Shown here one piece after another: positions 18,705-28,811 of a stretch of 59,883 bases of DNA; the stretch's first letter is position 1; each line of letters opens with the position of its first letter. Source of the DNA: Candidatus Levyibacteriota bacterium. Lineage in GTDB: Bacteria; Patescibacteriota; Microgenomatia; Levybacterales; UBA12049. The position numbers were made by a program, and so were the translations under genes. Location of the stretch: the NCBI GenBank assembly GCA_016182205.1, contig JACOXW010000013.1:1-59883 (forward strand), written 5' to 3'. Below the pieces are notes generated by a model. That model worked only from the letters and a program-made list of their open reading frames with translations, searched no databases and had not been told where the DNA came from.

Positions 18705-19917
18705 TCACCATACTGATAACTTCTCTTATTTGTTCTTCAGAAAGCAGCGGGTATGTCGGTAAATTGACAATTACTCCAGCAATTTTCTCAGCGTTGGGGC
18801 ACATACCTTTTTTATAGAAAATTGATTCATGCTCAGTCCCATTGGGATCTATTATATGCGAATACCAGGTTCCCAAATATATACTACTGCGACGTGCTAA
18901 TGCATGCAATCTATCAGGCTTTTTTACAAGAACTGGAAATCGAAGGAGGGGGAGGCGCAAAAGAGAAGGAAACGTAATGTTTACGTTTTTAATACCTTTT
19001 GTATACATTCCTGTTGCCCGAATACGTTTTGCGTTAAATTCTTCCAGACGCTCCAGCTGAATTAATGCGAGCTTTGCCAGTGCGCCAGGCATTTTTCGTA
19101 CAAATTGATGATCTATTTTACCGCTTTTTTCCTTTTTTGTTACCGGAAATGAAAGCAGGTGAAGTCTTTGTAAAAGTACCAATATCGCCTTCCCTATACC
19201 CATATTATAAAGCGGCATTATAATTGCAAATGCAACCGGATGAAAAAGCTGCTGCATGATCCAGAAAGAAGAGGAATTTGGCAATCCGTCTCTGTAACTG
19301 GTCATCTCGTTTGAAACTAATTCGTTGTCTGTTACTGCCATACCGCCAAAAACCGAAGAAAATGCTTTATCTCTCCCGAAGCTAAAAAATGAAACATCTC
19401 CAAACGTCCCAAGCTTTTTCCCTTTATAAGCCGCGCCAATTCCATGCGCACAATCCTCAATAACGTAAATCCCTTTTTCTTTTGCAATTTTTACAACCTC
19501 ATCAATCTGAGCCGGAATACCAAACGTATGCTGTACTATTATGGCTTTTGTTTTATTTGTAATTTTTCTTTTTACATCTTCTGGATCTATACAGAACCTG
19601 TCGGTAATATCGCAGTATACAGGTGTTGCGTCAAAAGCAATAATTGCATCAGGCAGAGCAACACAGGTAAATGCCTGAAGAAGTATTTCATCTCCGCTAG
19701 AAATATGCAAAGCTTTAAATATAGACAAAAGCGAAGCTCTACCGCTGGCAAAAGAAATCGCATATTTTTTCTGAAAATATGACCGAAACCACATCTCAAG
19801 CTTTTCTACATACGTTTTCTTATCATATTCCCATGGACTCAGGAGTAATCGTAATGCCCAGAAAACATCACGATTTGTGGCATTGGGTGATAAGGAAATG
19901 GCAATAGGTCTTTTCAT
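18691..19917 (-). CDS. DegT/DnrJ/EryC1/StrS-family PLP-dependent aminotransferase
   Basis: EDCAHGIGAAYKGKKLGTFGDVSFFSFGRDKAFSS, the fold-type I sugar aminotransferase region with the PLP lysine. Confidence 0.85.
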   Translation of the reverse strand: MKRPIAISLSPNATNRDVFWALRLLLSPWEYDKKTYVEKLEMWFRSYFQKKYAISFASGRASLLSIFKALHISSGDEILLQAFTCVALPDAIIAFDATPVYCDITDRFCIDPEDVKRKITNKTKAIIVQHTFGIPAQIDEVVKIAKEKGIYVIEDCAHGIGAAYKGKKLGTFGDVSFFSFGRDKAFSSVFGGMAVTDNELVSNEMTSYRDGLPNSSSFWIMQQLFHPVAFAIIMPLYNMGIGKAILVLLQRLHLLSFPVTKKEKSGKIDHQFVRKMPGALAKLALIQLERLEEFNAKRIRATGMYTKGIKNVNITFPSLLRLPLLRFPVLVKKPDRLHALARRSSIYLGTWYSHIIDPNGTEHESIFYKKGMCPNAEKIAGVIVNLPTYPLLSEEQIREVISMVNAYV

Positions 19918-19931
19918 AGAATAAAAAGGGG

Positions 19932-21545
19932 CTATACGATTTTGTTCAGTGCGATAGCAGCTTCTTTTCCCTCAAAAATAATTATATCGCCTTTTCCAAC
20001 ATGATGGGATACATATTCTGCAATCTCCTTGGGAGAAGCAACCTTTACCAGACACTTTCCTCCTTCATCCAATATTCCTGAGATAACAGCATCATAGTAG
20101 TTCTTCTTTGTCAGAAAAAGATAGTCGCATACTTTCGCAACCTCTTTTCCTACACGATAATGTTCTTTTTTGGCATTTGGACCCAACTCAATCATCGGTT
20201 CCATCACCATAATTTTCTTCCCTTTAAAAATTTTTGCATACCTAAGTGCTGCGATAACCGCGTCCGGATTTACATTAAACGTATCATCCACTATGTATGC
20301 TCCATTTAAGGTCTTATGAAGCATCATGGTTTTAGGAAGCGGAAAGACGGAAGCAACCGCTTTTTTTATTTCTGCTGGGCTCATACCTAGATAGTCAGCT
20401 ATATAGATTGCGGGAAGTAAGTTTTCTATATTCTGAGCACCTAAAAGCGGTGCTTTTAAAGATAGTTTTTTATTTTTCAGATAGACATCAAAGAAAATTT
20501 CAGTTTTTAAAACAACGACATTTGTGGCAATAATATCAGCTTCTTTTCTATTAGCTATCTTGTCGGCATGGGACAATACTTTATAAAGTATTTTATTTTT
20601 TTTCGTTATGGTATAGAGCTTTTCGGCATTTTTGTTATTCCCATTAAAAAATGCCAATCCGTCTTTTGGAAGCGACTCAATAAGTTCATATTTTGTTTCC
20701 ATAAGTTTTTCAAGACTGCCAAAAAGTGATAAATGTTGTGATGAAACAGCAGTTAAAATACCTATTTTAGGCTGTATTATCTGACATAGTTCCGCTATTT
20801 CACCTTTTCTGTATGCGCCCATTTCAGCGACGAAAATCTGTGTGTCTTTTTTCATTTCTTTAAGAATGGCGCTGGCCACTCCTATCGGTGTGTTATTTGT
20901 TCCGGGTGTCTTTGCCACCGAAAACTTTTTACTAAGGATTTGCGCTAAGTAATCTTTTGTCGAACTCTTCCCATAACTACCTGTTACTCCAATCACAAGC
21001 ATATTTTTTTTGCTCTTTATTTTTTTCATCGCAGAATCAATTACAAAATCTTGATATAGCCGGGTAGGAAAGGATAAAAAGAATACGAAAAACCCTATAA
21101 TCAGAGGCAATAGTCTGTCAAGAATAAGAAGCCAGAGATATTCCTGCTGGATAAGTGCAACATAAAACAATAATCCTATACTAAAAAAAGTACAAAAAAG
21201 AAGAAAAAGCGTTTTGAAAGTAACAACAGGTCTTCGAAGGCGACGAAGTGATGCTTCCTTAAGTACTAATACCGCTTGAAATAAAAATACTGTTGCCACA
21301 GTAACTTGATACGGCAAAAGCAACGCTTCGTTAAAAACAACATATGCGTAAAATATGATGATTCCCCATTTGATAACCGAAAGATATGAAAAGAGCAAAT
21401 CTCTTCCCTGAATAGTCTCGCGTAGATGGGCAAGCAGTCTGTCGAATCGGTATTCTTTCAACTGCCATAAATACACCCAGTACAGTGTATTTCGTACTAT
21501 CCATATATAAAATGCCGCAATCGTTATTATATACAACGCATTCAT
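19932..21545 (-). CDS. murF: Mur ligase (MurF-like) with N-terminal polytopic membrane domain
   Basis: P-loop VIGVTGSYGKSSTKDY at about residue 185. Mur ligase middle and C-terminal domains (DDTFNVNPDAV is like MurF D-x-YNANP). The first ~165 aa are 4-5 hydrophobic helices. Confidence 0.8.
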   Translation of the reverse strand: MNALYIITIAAFYIWIVRNTLYWVYLWQLKEYRFDRLLAHLRETIQGRDLLFSYLSVIKWGIIIFYAYVVFNEALLLPYQVTVATVFLFQAVLVLKEASLRRLRRPVVTFKTLFLLFCTFFSIGLLFYVALIQQEYLWLLILDRLLPLIIGFFVFFLSFPTRLYQDFVIDSAMKKIKSKKNMLVIGVTGSYGKSSTKDYLAQILSKKFSVAKTPGTNNTPIGVASAILKEMKKDTQIFVAEMGAYRKGEIAELCQIIQPKIGILTAVSSQHLSLFGSLEKLMETKYELIESLPKDGLAFFNGNNKNAEKLYTITKKNKILYKVLSHADKIANRKEADIIATNVVVLKTEIFFDVYLKNKKLSLKAPLLGAQNIENLLPAIYIADYLGMSPAEIKKAVASVFPLPKTMMLHKTLNGAYIVDDTFNVNPDAVIAALRYAKIFKGKKIMVMEPMIELGPNAKKEHYRVGKEVAKVCDYLFLTKKNYYDAVISGILDEGGKCLVKVASPKEIAEYVSHHVGKGDIIIFEGKEAAIALNKIV

Positions 21546-22276
21546 ACTAAAAATGGCAGGATAGTTTGGGCAAGTTCTTTTGGTCTCTCGTTGGGAAGTT
21601 TGTGTGTGGCACCGGGAATTATAACAAATTTTGAACCGGATATGTATGAGTGCATATACTTACCGTCGACAAGAGGCGTAGTCGTATCAAGCTCACCCCA
21701 TACGATGAGCGTTGGAACACCTATCTTTTTTAAGTCCTCTGAAACGTCAATTTTATATACATTCTTGAAAGTCTTAGTCAGCTTTCCTGCTGAATAATAA
21801 TCCATCTCTCCTATTGCCAAGTATACGGCTTTACGAAAGAAGCGATAAAATAGAGAAAATGGTACAACAGAAAATAGAGGACGGGTTATCTTTGTTGCAA
21901 AATATACTATTCTTTTCTTTGTTGAAGGCAAGGACCGTTGAATCCCGGACGCGTCTATAAGTACCAACTTTTCAACAAGTGACGGATAAAGACTGGTAAA
22001 GCGAATCGCTACCCTTCCGCCAAATGAATGCCCCATAAGTATTGCCTTTTGTGCTTTTATTTTTTTGGTAATAAATTCATGAACAAAAGCTACATAGTCA
22101 TCAAAAAACAACTCTTCTTTAGGAAGCGGGTTATCTCCAAAACCCGGGAGATATGGCGTATAGACTATGTAACCTTCAGTCTCCAGCAACTTTTTAAGTT
22201 CGCCGTATTTCTCCACCGTGATCGTTGCCGACCAACCATGAAGTAAAACAATCGGAATTGTCTGTTTTTTTAACAT
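21542..22276 (-). CDS. alpha/beta hydrolase
   Basis: Nucleophile elbow GHSFGG. HG oxyanion motif (VLLHGW). C-terminal His (GATHKL). Confidence 0.75.
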   Translation of the reverse strand: MLKKQTIPIVLLHGWSATITVEKYGELKKLLETEGYIVYTPYLPGFGDNPLPKEELFFDDYVAFVHEFITKKIKAQKAILMGHSFGGRVAIRFTSLYPSLVEKLVLIDASGIQRSLPSTKKRIVYFATKITRPLFSVVPFSLFYRFFRKAVYLAIGEMDYYSAGKLTKTFKNVYKIDVSEDLKKIGVPTLIVWGELDTTTPLVDGKYMHSYISGSKFVIIPGATHKLPNERPKELAQTILPFLV

Positions 22277-22284
22277 AAGATTTT

Positions 22285-24045
22285 TTACTTAACCGTAACA
22301 CTTTTTGCAAGATTTCGCGGCTTATCAGGATCTAAATCCTTCTTTACAGCAAGAAAATACCCCAATAATTGTGCGGGAATAGCCATAGGAATTAGAGTTG
22401 CGTCCCCGATATCTTTCACCTCAATCCAGTAATCAAATATTTCACTTCTAAAAGGACTTACGCCGATTATGACTCCTCCGCGAGCTTTGATTTCCGTTGC
22501 ATTTGAAATAATTGCCTCATATGTCTCATCTTGGGGTGCAAAAACGATACATGGGGTACCGGGAGAAATAAGTGCCAGCGTACCATGCTTTAACTCCCCG
22601 CCTGCCAACCCCTCCGTATGTACATAACTTACTTCCTTTATTTTCAGTGCTGCTTCCAAACAGGTCGGATACGAAAAACCACGTCCGATTGTATAAATAT
22701 GCTCGGTTTTATTCAAAACTGTCGCAATTTTCTTAAATTCGCGGATGTATTCTTCCCTTAAGAGTCTTTCTATTTCATCTGCTGCCAAAAGCAGCATTTC
22801 CTTACCTTTTTTATATTCACCAATCATGGCGTAGGAAAGGAGTAACAACAGGGAAATTTTGGCGATATATGCTTTTGTTGAGGCAACTGCTTTCTCAGGA
22901 CCTGCCCCAAGAAGCATTTTATAATCAGCAAGCCGATAAATTGTGGAACCCAATACATTGGTTATGGCAAAAACTTTACTCCTTTTCTGCTTGGCACGAA
23001 CAAGCGGTTCCACCACATCAATTGTTTCTCCTGACTGAGACAGTGCGATAACCAAACTCCGGTTATTCAGAAAGTGTTCAAGATAATTAAATTCCGAAGC
23101 TACTGCAGTATTAACGTGTTTTTTTACAATTTTTGAAAACAAATACGTTCCGACAAGACAGGCATGAAATGCCGTACCGGATCCGATAAAAAATGTTCCC
23201 TTGGCAATACTAATTACTCGTGCAAGGTTTTCTATTTGATCGTGATAGTTTTCTGCTATATTTCTGACCACTTTCGGTTGTTCCGATATTTCTTTAATCA
23301 TAAAATGTTTGTGTGCTCCCTTGGTGGAGTCTTGTATTTTCCAATCTACTTTTACAAACTCAGGCGTTAGCCTATCTCCATTGGGAAGCGAAAGAAGCGT
23401 AAATGTTTTTCCTAAAATCACCATTTCATTGTCTTTTAGAAAAAGCAGTTCTTTCGTATGCGGAAGAATACCTGAGGAGTCAGACGCAATATAATATCCG
23501 TCTTGACCTTTTCCGACAATTAGCGGCGATCCGGTTTTTGCCGCAATGATTTCATCGGCTGAGGCATCCAGAGCAACTATTCCATTCAAGCCCTTTATTT
23601 TATTGAATGCTTTTCTGACAGATTTAGAAAACGGCTCGGTTTTTCTATATTCTTCTACCAAATGGGCGAATACCTCCGTATCAGTTTCTGAGATAAATAC
23701 ATGTCCTTTTTTTTCTAAATCTTTTTTTAGGGGTAAAAAATTTTCAATAATGCCATTGTGGATAACTGCTATTTCCCGTGTGCAATCCATATGAGGATGT
23801 GCATTTTTAACTGTAACTCCACCATGCGTTGCCCAACGCGTATGACCAATTCCGATTGTGCTTTGAGGAAGTACTGTTTTTGCCTCACCTATTTTCCCTG
23901 TATGCTTATCAACAACCAGCTTACCTTTCGTTTTTACTGCAATTCCCCACGAATCATAACCTCTGTATTCCAAGAGTTTTAATCCCTCAAGAGTCATTAA
24001 AGCAGCATTGTTTTTAGCACCGACGTATCCAAAAATTCCACACAT
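22285..24045 (-). CDS. glmS: glutamine--fructose-6-phosphate aminotransferase
   Basis: Ntn start MCGIFGY. Two SIS domains. C-terminus AKSVTVK. Confidence 0.97.
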   Translation of the reverse strand: MCGIFGYVGAKNNAALMTLEGLKLLEYRGYDSWGIAVKTKGKLVVDKHTGKIGEAKTVLPQSTIGIGHTRWATHGGVTVKNAHPHMDCTREIAVIHNGIIENFLPLKKDLEKKGHVFISETDTEVFAHLVEEYRKTEPFSKSVRKAFNKIKGLNGIVALDASADEIIAAKTGSPLIVGKGQDGYYIASDSSGILPHTKELLFLKDNEMVILGKTFTLLSLPNGDRLTPEFVKVDWKIQDSTKGAHKHFMIKEISEQPKVVRNIAENYHDQIENLARVISIAKGTFFIGSGTAFHACLVGTYLFSKIVKKHVNTAVASEFNYLEHFLNNRSLVIALSQSGETIDVVEPLVRAKQKRSKVFAITNVLGSTIYRLADYKMLLGAGPEKAVASTKAYIAKISLLLLLSYAMIGEYKKGKEMLLLAADEIERLLREEYIREFKKIATVLNKTEHIYTIGRGFSYPTCLEAALKIKEVSYVHTEGLAGGELKHGTLALISPGTPCIVFAPQDETYEAIISNATEIKARGGVIIGVSPFRSEIFDYWIEVKDIGDATLIPMAIPAQLLGYFLAVKKDLDPDKPRNLAKSVTVK

Positions 24046-24141
24046 ATAGTTTTAGTACCCCCACCCCTGTCTGCACAATGTGAACATTGCTTGCAGGCGA
24101 ACTCGCCCTATGGCCTCCGTTCCAAATATTCCGCACATATA

Positions 24142-24804
24142 TTATTTCTCCTTTATGAGTGGCAGGGCATCTTGCAGATTTGTAACTGTCGCATCAGGTA
24201 TAAATCCTCTTATCGGTTCCTGCTTTGCCGCATATCTTCCCCGCTTCATCCAAATGACAGTAACATTAGGAAATCTTTTCTTTACAGAGAAAAGAATCGA
24301 AAGAAAATCATCTATCAAATATACTTTTTCAGCATCATATTTGGAAATGATTTTCTCAAAAATATTTTTTTTATTTTCTACTATATGAATGTGCTCTTTG
24401 TGAAAAAAGTGCTTTATACTTTTTATTTTTGCATTTTGAAACTTTGTGTTTCCCTGAGAAAAAATACCAAGGGTTCCTATTGCGGAAAGTTTTTCTAAAA
24501 CTTGAAATGTCTCCTGATAAAAATGAGATTTCATAAATTTTGTATCAAATAAAGCGCCTTCAATTATTTCTAAAACGCCTTCTTTTTTGCCTTTATTTTC
24601 TAAAAGCGCGTTTATAAACTCATCAGGAACAAACAAGCCATACTTTTGAATATGACTGTTATATATTTCCTGACAAATTTCCGGGGTTATTTTCACACCA
24701 AATTTCTGAATCCGCTTTGAAAGATGAGTAAACAACTTCTGACGAAAAGTTCCCGAATCAAAAAGTGTGTTATCAATATCAATAAGTATAAGTGGTTGTT
24801 TCAT
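24142..24804 (-). CDS. HAD-superfamily hydrolase
   Basis: Motif I LIDIDNTLFD. Size about 220 aa. Confidence 0.7.
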   Translation of the reverse strand: MKQPLILIDIDNTLFDSGTFRQKLFTHLSKRIQKFGVKITPEICQEIYNSHIQKYGLFVPDEFINALLENKGKKEGVLEIIEGALFDTKFMKSHFYQETFQVLEKLSAIGTLGIFSQGNTKFQNAKIKSIKHFFHKEHIHIVENKKNIFEKIISKYDAEKVYLIDDFLSILFSVKKRFPNVTVIWMKRGRYAAKQEPIRGFIPDATVTNLQDALPLIKEK

Positions 24805-26054
24805 TTCTTTTTTTTAACTGTTTCAGAAAACGTACTATAAAACGTAATATCGTCCTCAAGATTGTGCATCACAACAGTCTGGGGACCAATTGTCACATTT
24901 CTTCCGATAATAACTCCCGGCATTGTCGATACCCTAATTCCAGCAAAGACATTTTCTCCCATTATGACTCCTAAAGACTGCTTAAGCGTGTCAATCTTGC
25001 CTGTTTCTGTTTTTATAGTCACGTTTTCTCTATCAAGACGTACATTTGCTGTACAAAACTGTGCTGCGATCTTACAGTTTTCACCGATTACGCTGTCACC
25101 AATGAAGCCTGAATGTGTAGTGGTTTGTTTTCCGATAAGTGAATTCTTTATTTCCATACGCGCACCGATAACGGCCCCTTCTTCTATGCTGCTTTTTCCT
25201 CTGATGATTGCATTTGTTCCCACCGTAACATTTTTCCCTATATATGCGGGTCCCTTAATCACTGCTCCTTCCATAATACGCGCACCGTCTTCTACTACAA
25301 CTTTACCGATAATCTGCGCACCTTGGGCAATATTGGCATTTTTTGAAATAGAACTTGTTGAGTTTTTTAACAGATAGTCTTTAATTGTCAATAAATCCCA
25401 TGGGTATTTTAAAGAAACCGTGTCTTGAGATGTCTCCACAAATTTCACTTTCCCTTGCCCTGCCGCTTTGGAAATTGCATTTTCAAGACTGTAGTGATCT
25501 GACTCAACTGTGGTTAAAAGGTCAATAAACGAGGGGGGAAGAAGATAAAGTCCTACTACTTTCAGATCCGATGGCTCCTCACCTTTTTTCGGTTTTTCAA
25601 CAATTGATAAAACGGTATCTCCATCTATCTTTAGCGTCCCAAAGGATGAAAGCGAGGATTCCTTCCTTGCCAAAAGGACGATATTATCACTGTTTTTTTT
25701 CTTTTCCAAAAGAAGATCTGCAAATGAAGCAAATTCGATTCTATTGGCATTGAGAAGATAGAAATCCGATGTTATATAGTCTCTTGCTTGTAAAATAGCA
25801 TCTCCGGCCCCCGTAGGATTTTCCTGTACAATGTAGCTAATCTTTACGCCAAACTTTTTCCCTTCACCAAGGATTTTTTTGACAGAGGAGTTTTGAGAAA
25901 CGACAACAACAATATCCTTTATGCCTGAACGAGCAACGCTTTCAATCGTATGTTCAATAATACTTTTTCCCAAAATACTAACGCACGACTTATGTGACGT
26001 GTTAAATGGATAAAACCTGCTTGATCTTCCTGCTGCCAGTATTAATGCTTGCAT
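24801..26054 (-). CDS. bifunctional sugar-1-phosphate nucleotidyltransferase / left-handed beta-helix acetyltransferase (GlmU-like)
   Basis: N-terminal ALILAAGRSSRF nucleotidyltransferase loop. The C-terminal half is hexapeptide repeats. Confidence 0.75.
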   Translation of the reverse strand: MQALILAAGRSSRFYPFNTSHKSCVSILGKSIIEHTIESVARSGIKDIVVVVSQNSSVKKILGEGKKFGVKISYIVQENPTGAGDAILQARDYITSDFYLLNANRIEFASFADLLLEKKKNSDNIVLLARKESSLSSFGTLKIDGDTVLSIVEKPKKGEEPSDLKVVGLYLLPPSFIDLLTTVESDHYSLENAISKAAGQGKVKFVETSQDTVSLKYPWDLLTIKDYLLKNSTSSISKNANIAQGAQIIGKVVVEDGARIMEGAVIKGPAYIGKNVTVGTNAIIRGKSSIEEGAVIGARMEIKNSLIGKQTTTHSGFIGDSVIGENCKIAAQFCTANVRLDRENVTIKTETGKIDTLKQSLGVIMGENVFAGIRVSTMPGVIIGRNVTIGPQTVVMHNLEDDITFYSTFSETVKKKK

Positions 26055-26055
26055 G

Positions 26056-27381
26056 TTATTCAGTTATCCTCTTTATTCTTGCGCCCAATTGTCTCAGTCT
26101 TTCTTCAAAATGTTCATATCCGCGGTCTAAATGTTCTACGCCAAAAATCACAGTTTCTCCGCTTGCTGATAATGAAGCCAAAACAAGCGTTGCTCCGGCA
26201 CGTAAGTCCGAGATAGTAACAACCGCATTATGCAAGGCTGTTCCTCCGACAACTCTTGCCGCGTGAAAGTAATCTTTTCTATCGTCCTCTGTATTGAAAT
26301 TATAAACTGTTTCAGGATGTTTTACCTCAGGATTAAATAGCTCTATATGTGCACCCATTTTTATGAGTTCCTTCACATAGTTAAATCTGTTCTCATACAC
26401 AGTCTCATGGATAATTGAAACGCCTTTTGCTTTCGTCATTAGTACAGTCCATGGCCCTTGCCAGTCAGTCATAAACCCCGGGAATGCCGCCGTTTCAATA
26501 TCGGTTGCTAAAAGAGAATCCGAAACAAAAAACCGGATTGCATCACCTTTTTCTTCATATGACCCTCCGGCTTTTTTGTAAGTTTCTAAAAAAGCCTTAA
26601 GGTGTGCCTTATTGGCTTCTTTTATCGTAATGTCTCCGTTTGTCATCGCCGAAGCGACAGCAAGCGTCACAATCTCATTTCTGTCCGGACCGATCCTAAA
26701 TGTAGTTCCATGGAGTCTTTCAACACCCTCTATAACAATAGTCCTTGGTTTGCTTCGCTTTATCTTGGCTCCCATACTGCATAGGAGTTCTATAAGCTCG
26801 TCTACTTCCGGTTCCTCGGCAGCGTTTTCCAAAACAGTCCTCCCGTCTGCAAGTACTGCTGCAAGTATAAGCGTCTCAGTCCCTGTGTGAGTGTTTTTTT
26901 CAAATCGGTAAGTAGCACCGTGAAGATGAGTTGTTTTGGCATGGAAATATCCATCTTCACTTTTATATGTAATCTCAGCCCCCATTTTTTCAAGACCTGC
27001 TACTACTCTATCAATCGGCCTGGCACCGATTCTGCATCCGCCGGGATTTGGAATAATCGCCTTTTTTGCCCGGGCCAAAAGCGGTGCCAAAAACATGGAG
27101 GATGTTCTTATCTCAGCAGCTTTTTCAAGAGAAATTTTCGTGCGTGAAAACTCCGGTATGTGAATTGAAACCGAGTGATCTTTCATGGTTACTTTTCCGC
27201 CCAAGTGTTTTATTGTGTCAACCATAACAAAAAAATCACTGATATGAGGAATATTTTCTATAATGACTTCTTCAGTAGTGAGACATGCGGCGACGAGTGC
27301 TTTTAATGAAACGTTCTTTGCACCTGAAACAGAAACTTCTCCTCTGAGCGGCCTTCCACCATGGACAATAAATTTATCCAT
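26056..27381 (-). CDS. murA: UDP-N-acetylglucosamine 1-carboxyvinyltransferase
   Basis: EPSP-synthase fold. Active-site loop GGCRIGARPID. Start MDKFIVHGGRPLRGEVSVSGAKN. Confidence 0.95.
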   Translation of the reverse strand: MDKFIVHGGRPLRGEVSVSGAKNVSLKALVAACLTTEEVIIENIPHISDFFVMVDTIKHLGGKVTMKDHSVSIHIPEFSRTKISLEKAAEIRTSSMFLAPLLARAKKAIIPNPGGCRIGARPIDRVVAGLEKMGAEITYKSEDGYFHAKTTHLHGATYRFEKNTHTGTETLILAAVLADGRTVLENAAEEPEVDELIELLCSMGAKIKRSKPRTIVIEGVERLHGTTFRIGPDRNEIVTLAVASAMTNGDITIKEANKAHLKAFLETYKKAGGSYEEKGDAIRFFVSDSLLATDIETAAFPGFMTDWQGPWTVLMTKAKGVSIIHETVYENRFNYVKELIKMGAHIELFNPEVKHPETVYNFNTEDDRKDYFHAARVVGGTALHNAVVTISDLRAGATLVLASLSASGETVIFGVEHLDRGYEHFEERLRQLGARIKRITE

Positions 27382-28801
27382 ATCTTTTTGACTTTATAAG
27401 CTTTTCGGCAATTTTGTATACATCTCCAGCTCCCATAGTAATTACGATTGTGCTGTCAGGATAGGCTTTTTGGTCGATATATTTTATCACATCCAAAGCC
27501 TGGGGTAAATACATGACCCGAGGATGCTGAGCCTGCATTGAGGCTGCAAGAAGCCGGGACGAAACCGACGGATCGGGCTCTTCCCGCAAAGAGGCATAGA
27601 TATCCATCAGAATAACTTCCGTAGCGTCGGAAAAAGCATTTTTAAACTGCTCGAACAGTTTCTTTGTTCTGCTGTATGTGTGAGGCTGGAAGATACATAC
27701 AAGCTTATAGTAAGGGTAACTTTTCTTAAATGCCTGAAGAGTTTTCACTATTTCTGTGGGATGATGCGCGTAATCGTCAAACACCATGGCACCAGATCTT
27801 AATCGTCCTATATACTCACTCCGGCGTTTACTACCTGAAAAAGCCGTAAGTCCTTTCTGAAGCTGCTCTATGGAAAGGCCTGCCTCATATAAAAGTGCGA
27901 TTGCTCCTGTTGCGTTGAGAGCATTATGCTCACCTGAGACACCGATCCGAAATCTCCCAAGCATCACACCCTCTTTCTCCACTGAAAAAAATGTTTGATT
28001 TTCAGATATATGAATACGCGTAATCTGATAGGTATTCGTTGGGGAAAATCCGTACGTTACGACGCGTTTTTCAAAAAGAGGAATAAGATTTTTTAGCTTT
28101 TGGTCGTCACCGCATACGACAACAAGCGTGTCTTCAGAAAGTGATTGTATCCATTGCAAGAAAACATCTGACACGGCTTCCTCTGTGGGGTAAAGATCCG
28201 GATGATCCAAATCAATGTTGGTAATGACTGCATATGCCGGATGCTGCCAGAAAAGTTTCGCGGTTTTATCTGTGACAGGTTCAGTAGCATATTCATCCGC
28301 TTCCGCCACAAAATATTCTCCCTTTCCGAAATGTCCTGAGGCACCCAGTGAGGGAACGGACGAAGTACCAATAACATACGAAGGATCCATTTTATTCTCC
28401 TTAAGAATTGTGGCAATCATGGCGGTTGTTGTTGTTTTGCCGTGAGAGCCGGCGACAGAAATTCCGGTAAAAGATTTGCCCAGTATCTCGCCCTTCATAA
28501 ACATTCCTACAGCTTGCCCCTGTGTAGTCGTAGCAATTCCTCTCTCTTTAGCTTCGACAACTTCAACATTTGCTTCTCCACCGTGCGCTCCGGTAAAAAT
28601 TACAAGATCCACGTTTACTACATGGTCTTTCGAAAACCCCTTCTGTACCGAAATCCCTGCGGTTTTGAGTACGGCATCGGTAATAAATGTATCTTCAATA
28701 TCGCTTCCAGTCACTTTAATCTTTGCTTCTTTTGCAATAATCGCCAAAGGTGTCATTCCGACTCCTTTGATTCCAACGAAATGTATGTGCTTATATTTCA
28801 T
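27374..28801 (-). CDS. murC: UDP-N-acetylmuramate--L-alanine ligase
   Basis: HFVGIKGVGMTPLA, P-loop VAGSHGKTTTT, and DDYAHHPTEI. Confidence 0.93.
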   Translation of the reverse strand: MKYKHIHFVGIKGVGMTPLAIIAKEAKIKVTGSDIEDTFITDAVLKTAGISVQKGFSKDHVVNVDLVIFTGAHGGEANVEVVEAKERGIATTTQGQAVGMFMKGEILGKSFTGISVAGSHGKTTTTAMIATILKENKMDPSYVIGTSSVPSLGASGHFGKGEYFVAEADEYATEPVTDKTAKLFWQHPAYAVITNIDLDHPDLYPTEEAVSDVFLQWIQSLSEDTLVVVCGDDQKLKNLIPLFEKRVVTYGFSPTNTYQITRIHISENQTFFSVEKEGVMLGRFRIGVSGEHNALNATGAIALLYEAGLSIEQLQKGLTAFSGSKRRSEYIGRLRSGAMVFDDYAHHPTEIVKTLQAFKKSYPYYKLVCIFQPHTYSRTKKLFEQFKNAFSDATEVILMDIYASLREEPDPSVSSRLLAASMQAQHPRVMYLPQALDVIKYIDQKAYPDSTIVITMGAGDVYKIAEKLIKSKRYG

Positions 28802-28811
28802 AAGTGACGAA

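Noticed and set aside
24046-24141. Possible glmS ribozyme in the 5' leader of glmS. Minus-strand fragments such as GGAACGGAGG and GUGCAGA...GGGG, plus two small hairpins, looked suggestive.
   Set aside because: Only 96 nt separate glmS from the upstream HAD gene, whereas the ribozyme needs about 170 nt. I could not find the conserved cleavage-site/P1-P2 core (AGCGCC..., ACGAGGA, GCGGAUGCCUCC), even when extending into the HAD coding end. A covariance-model scan would settle it.
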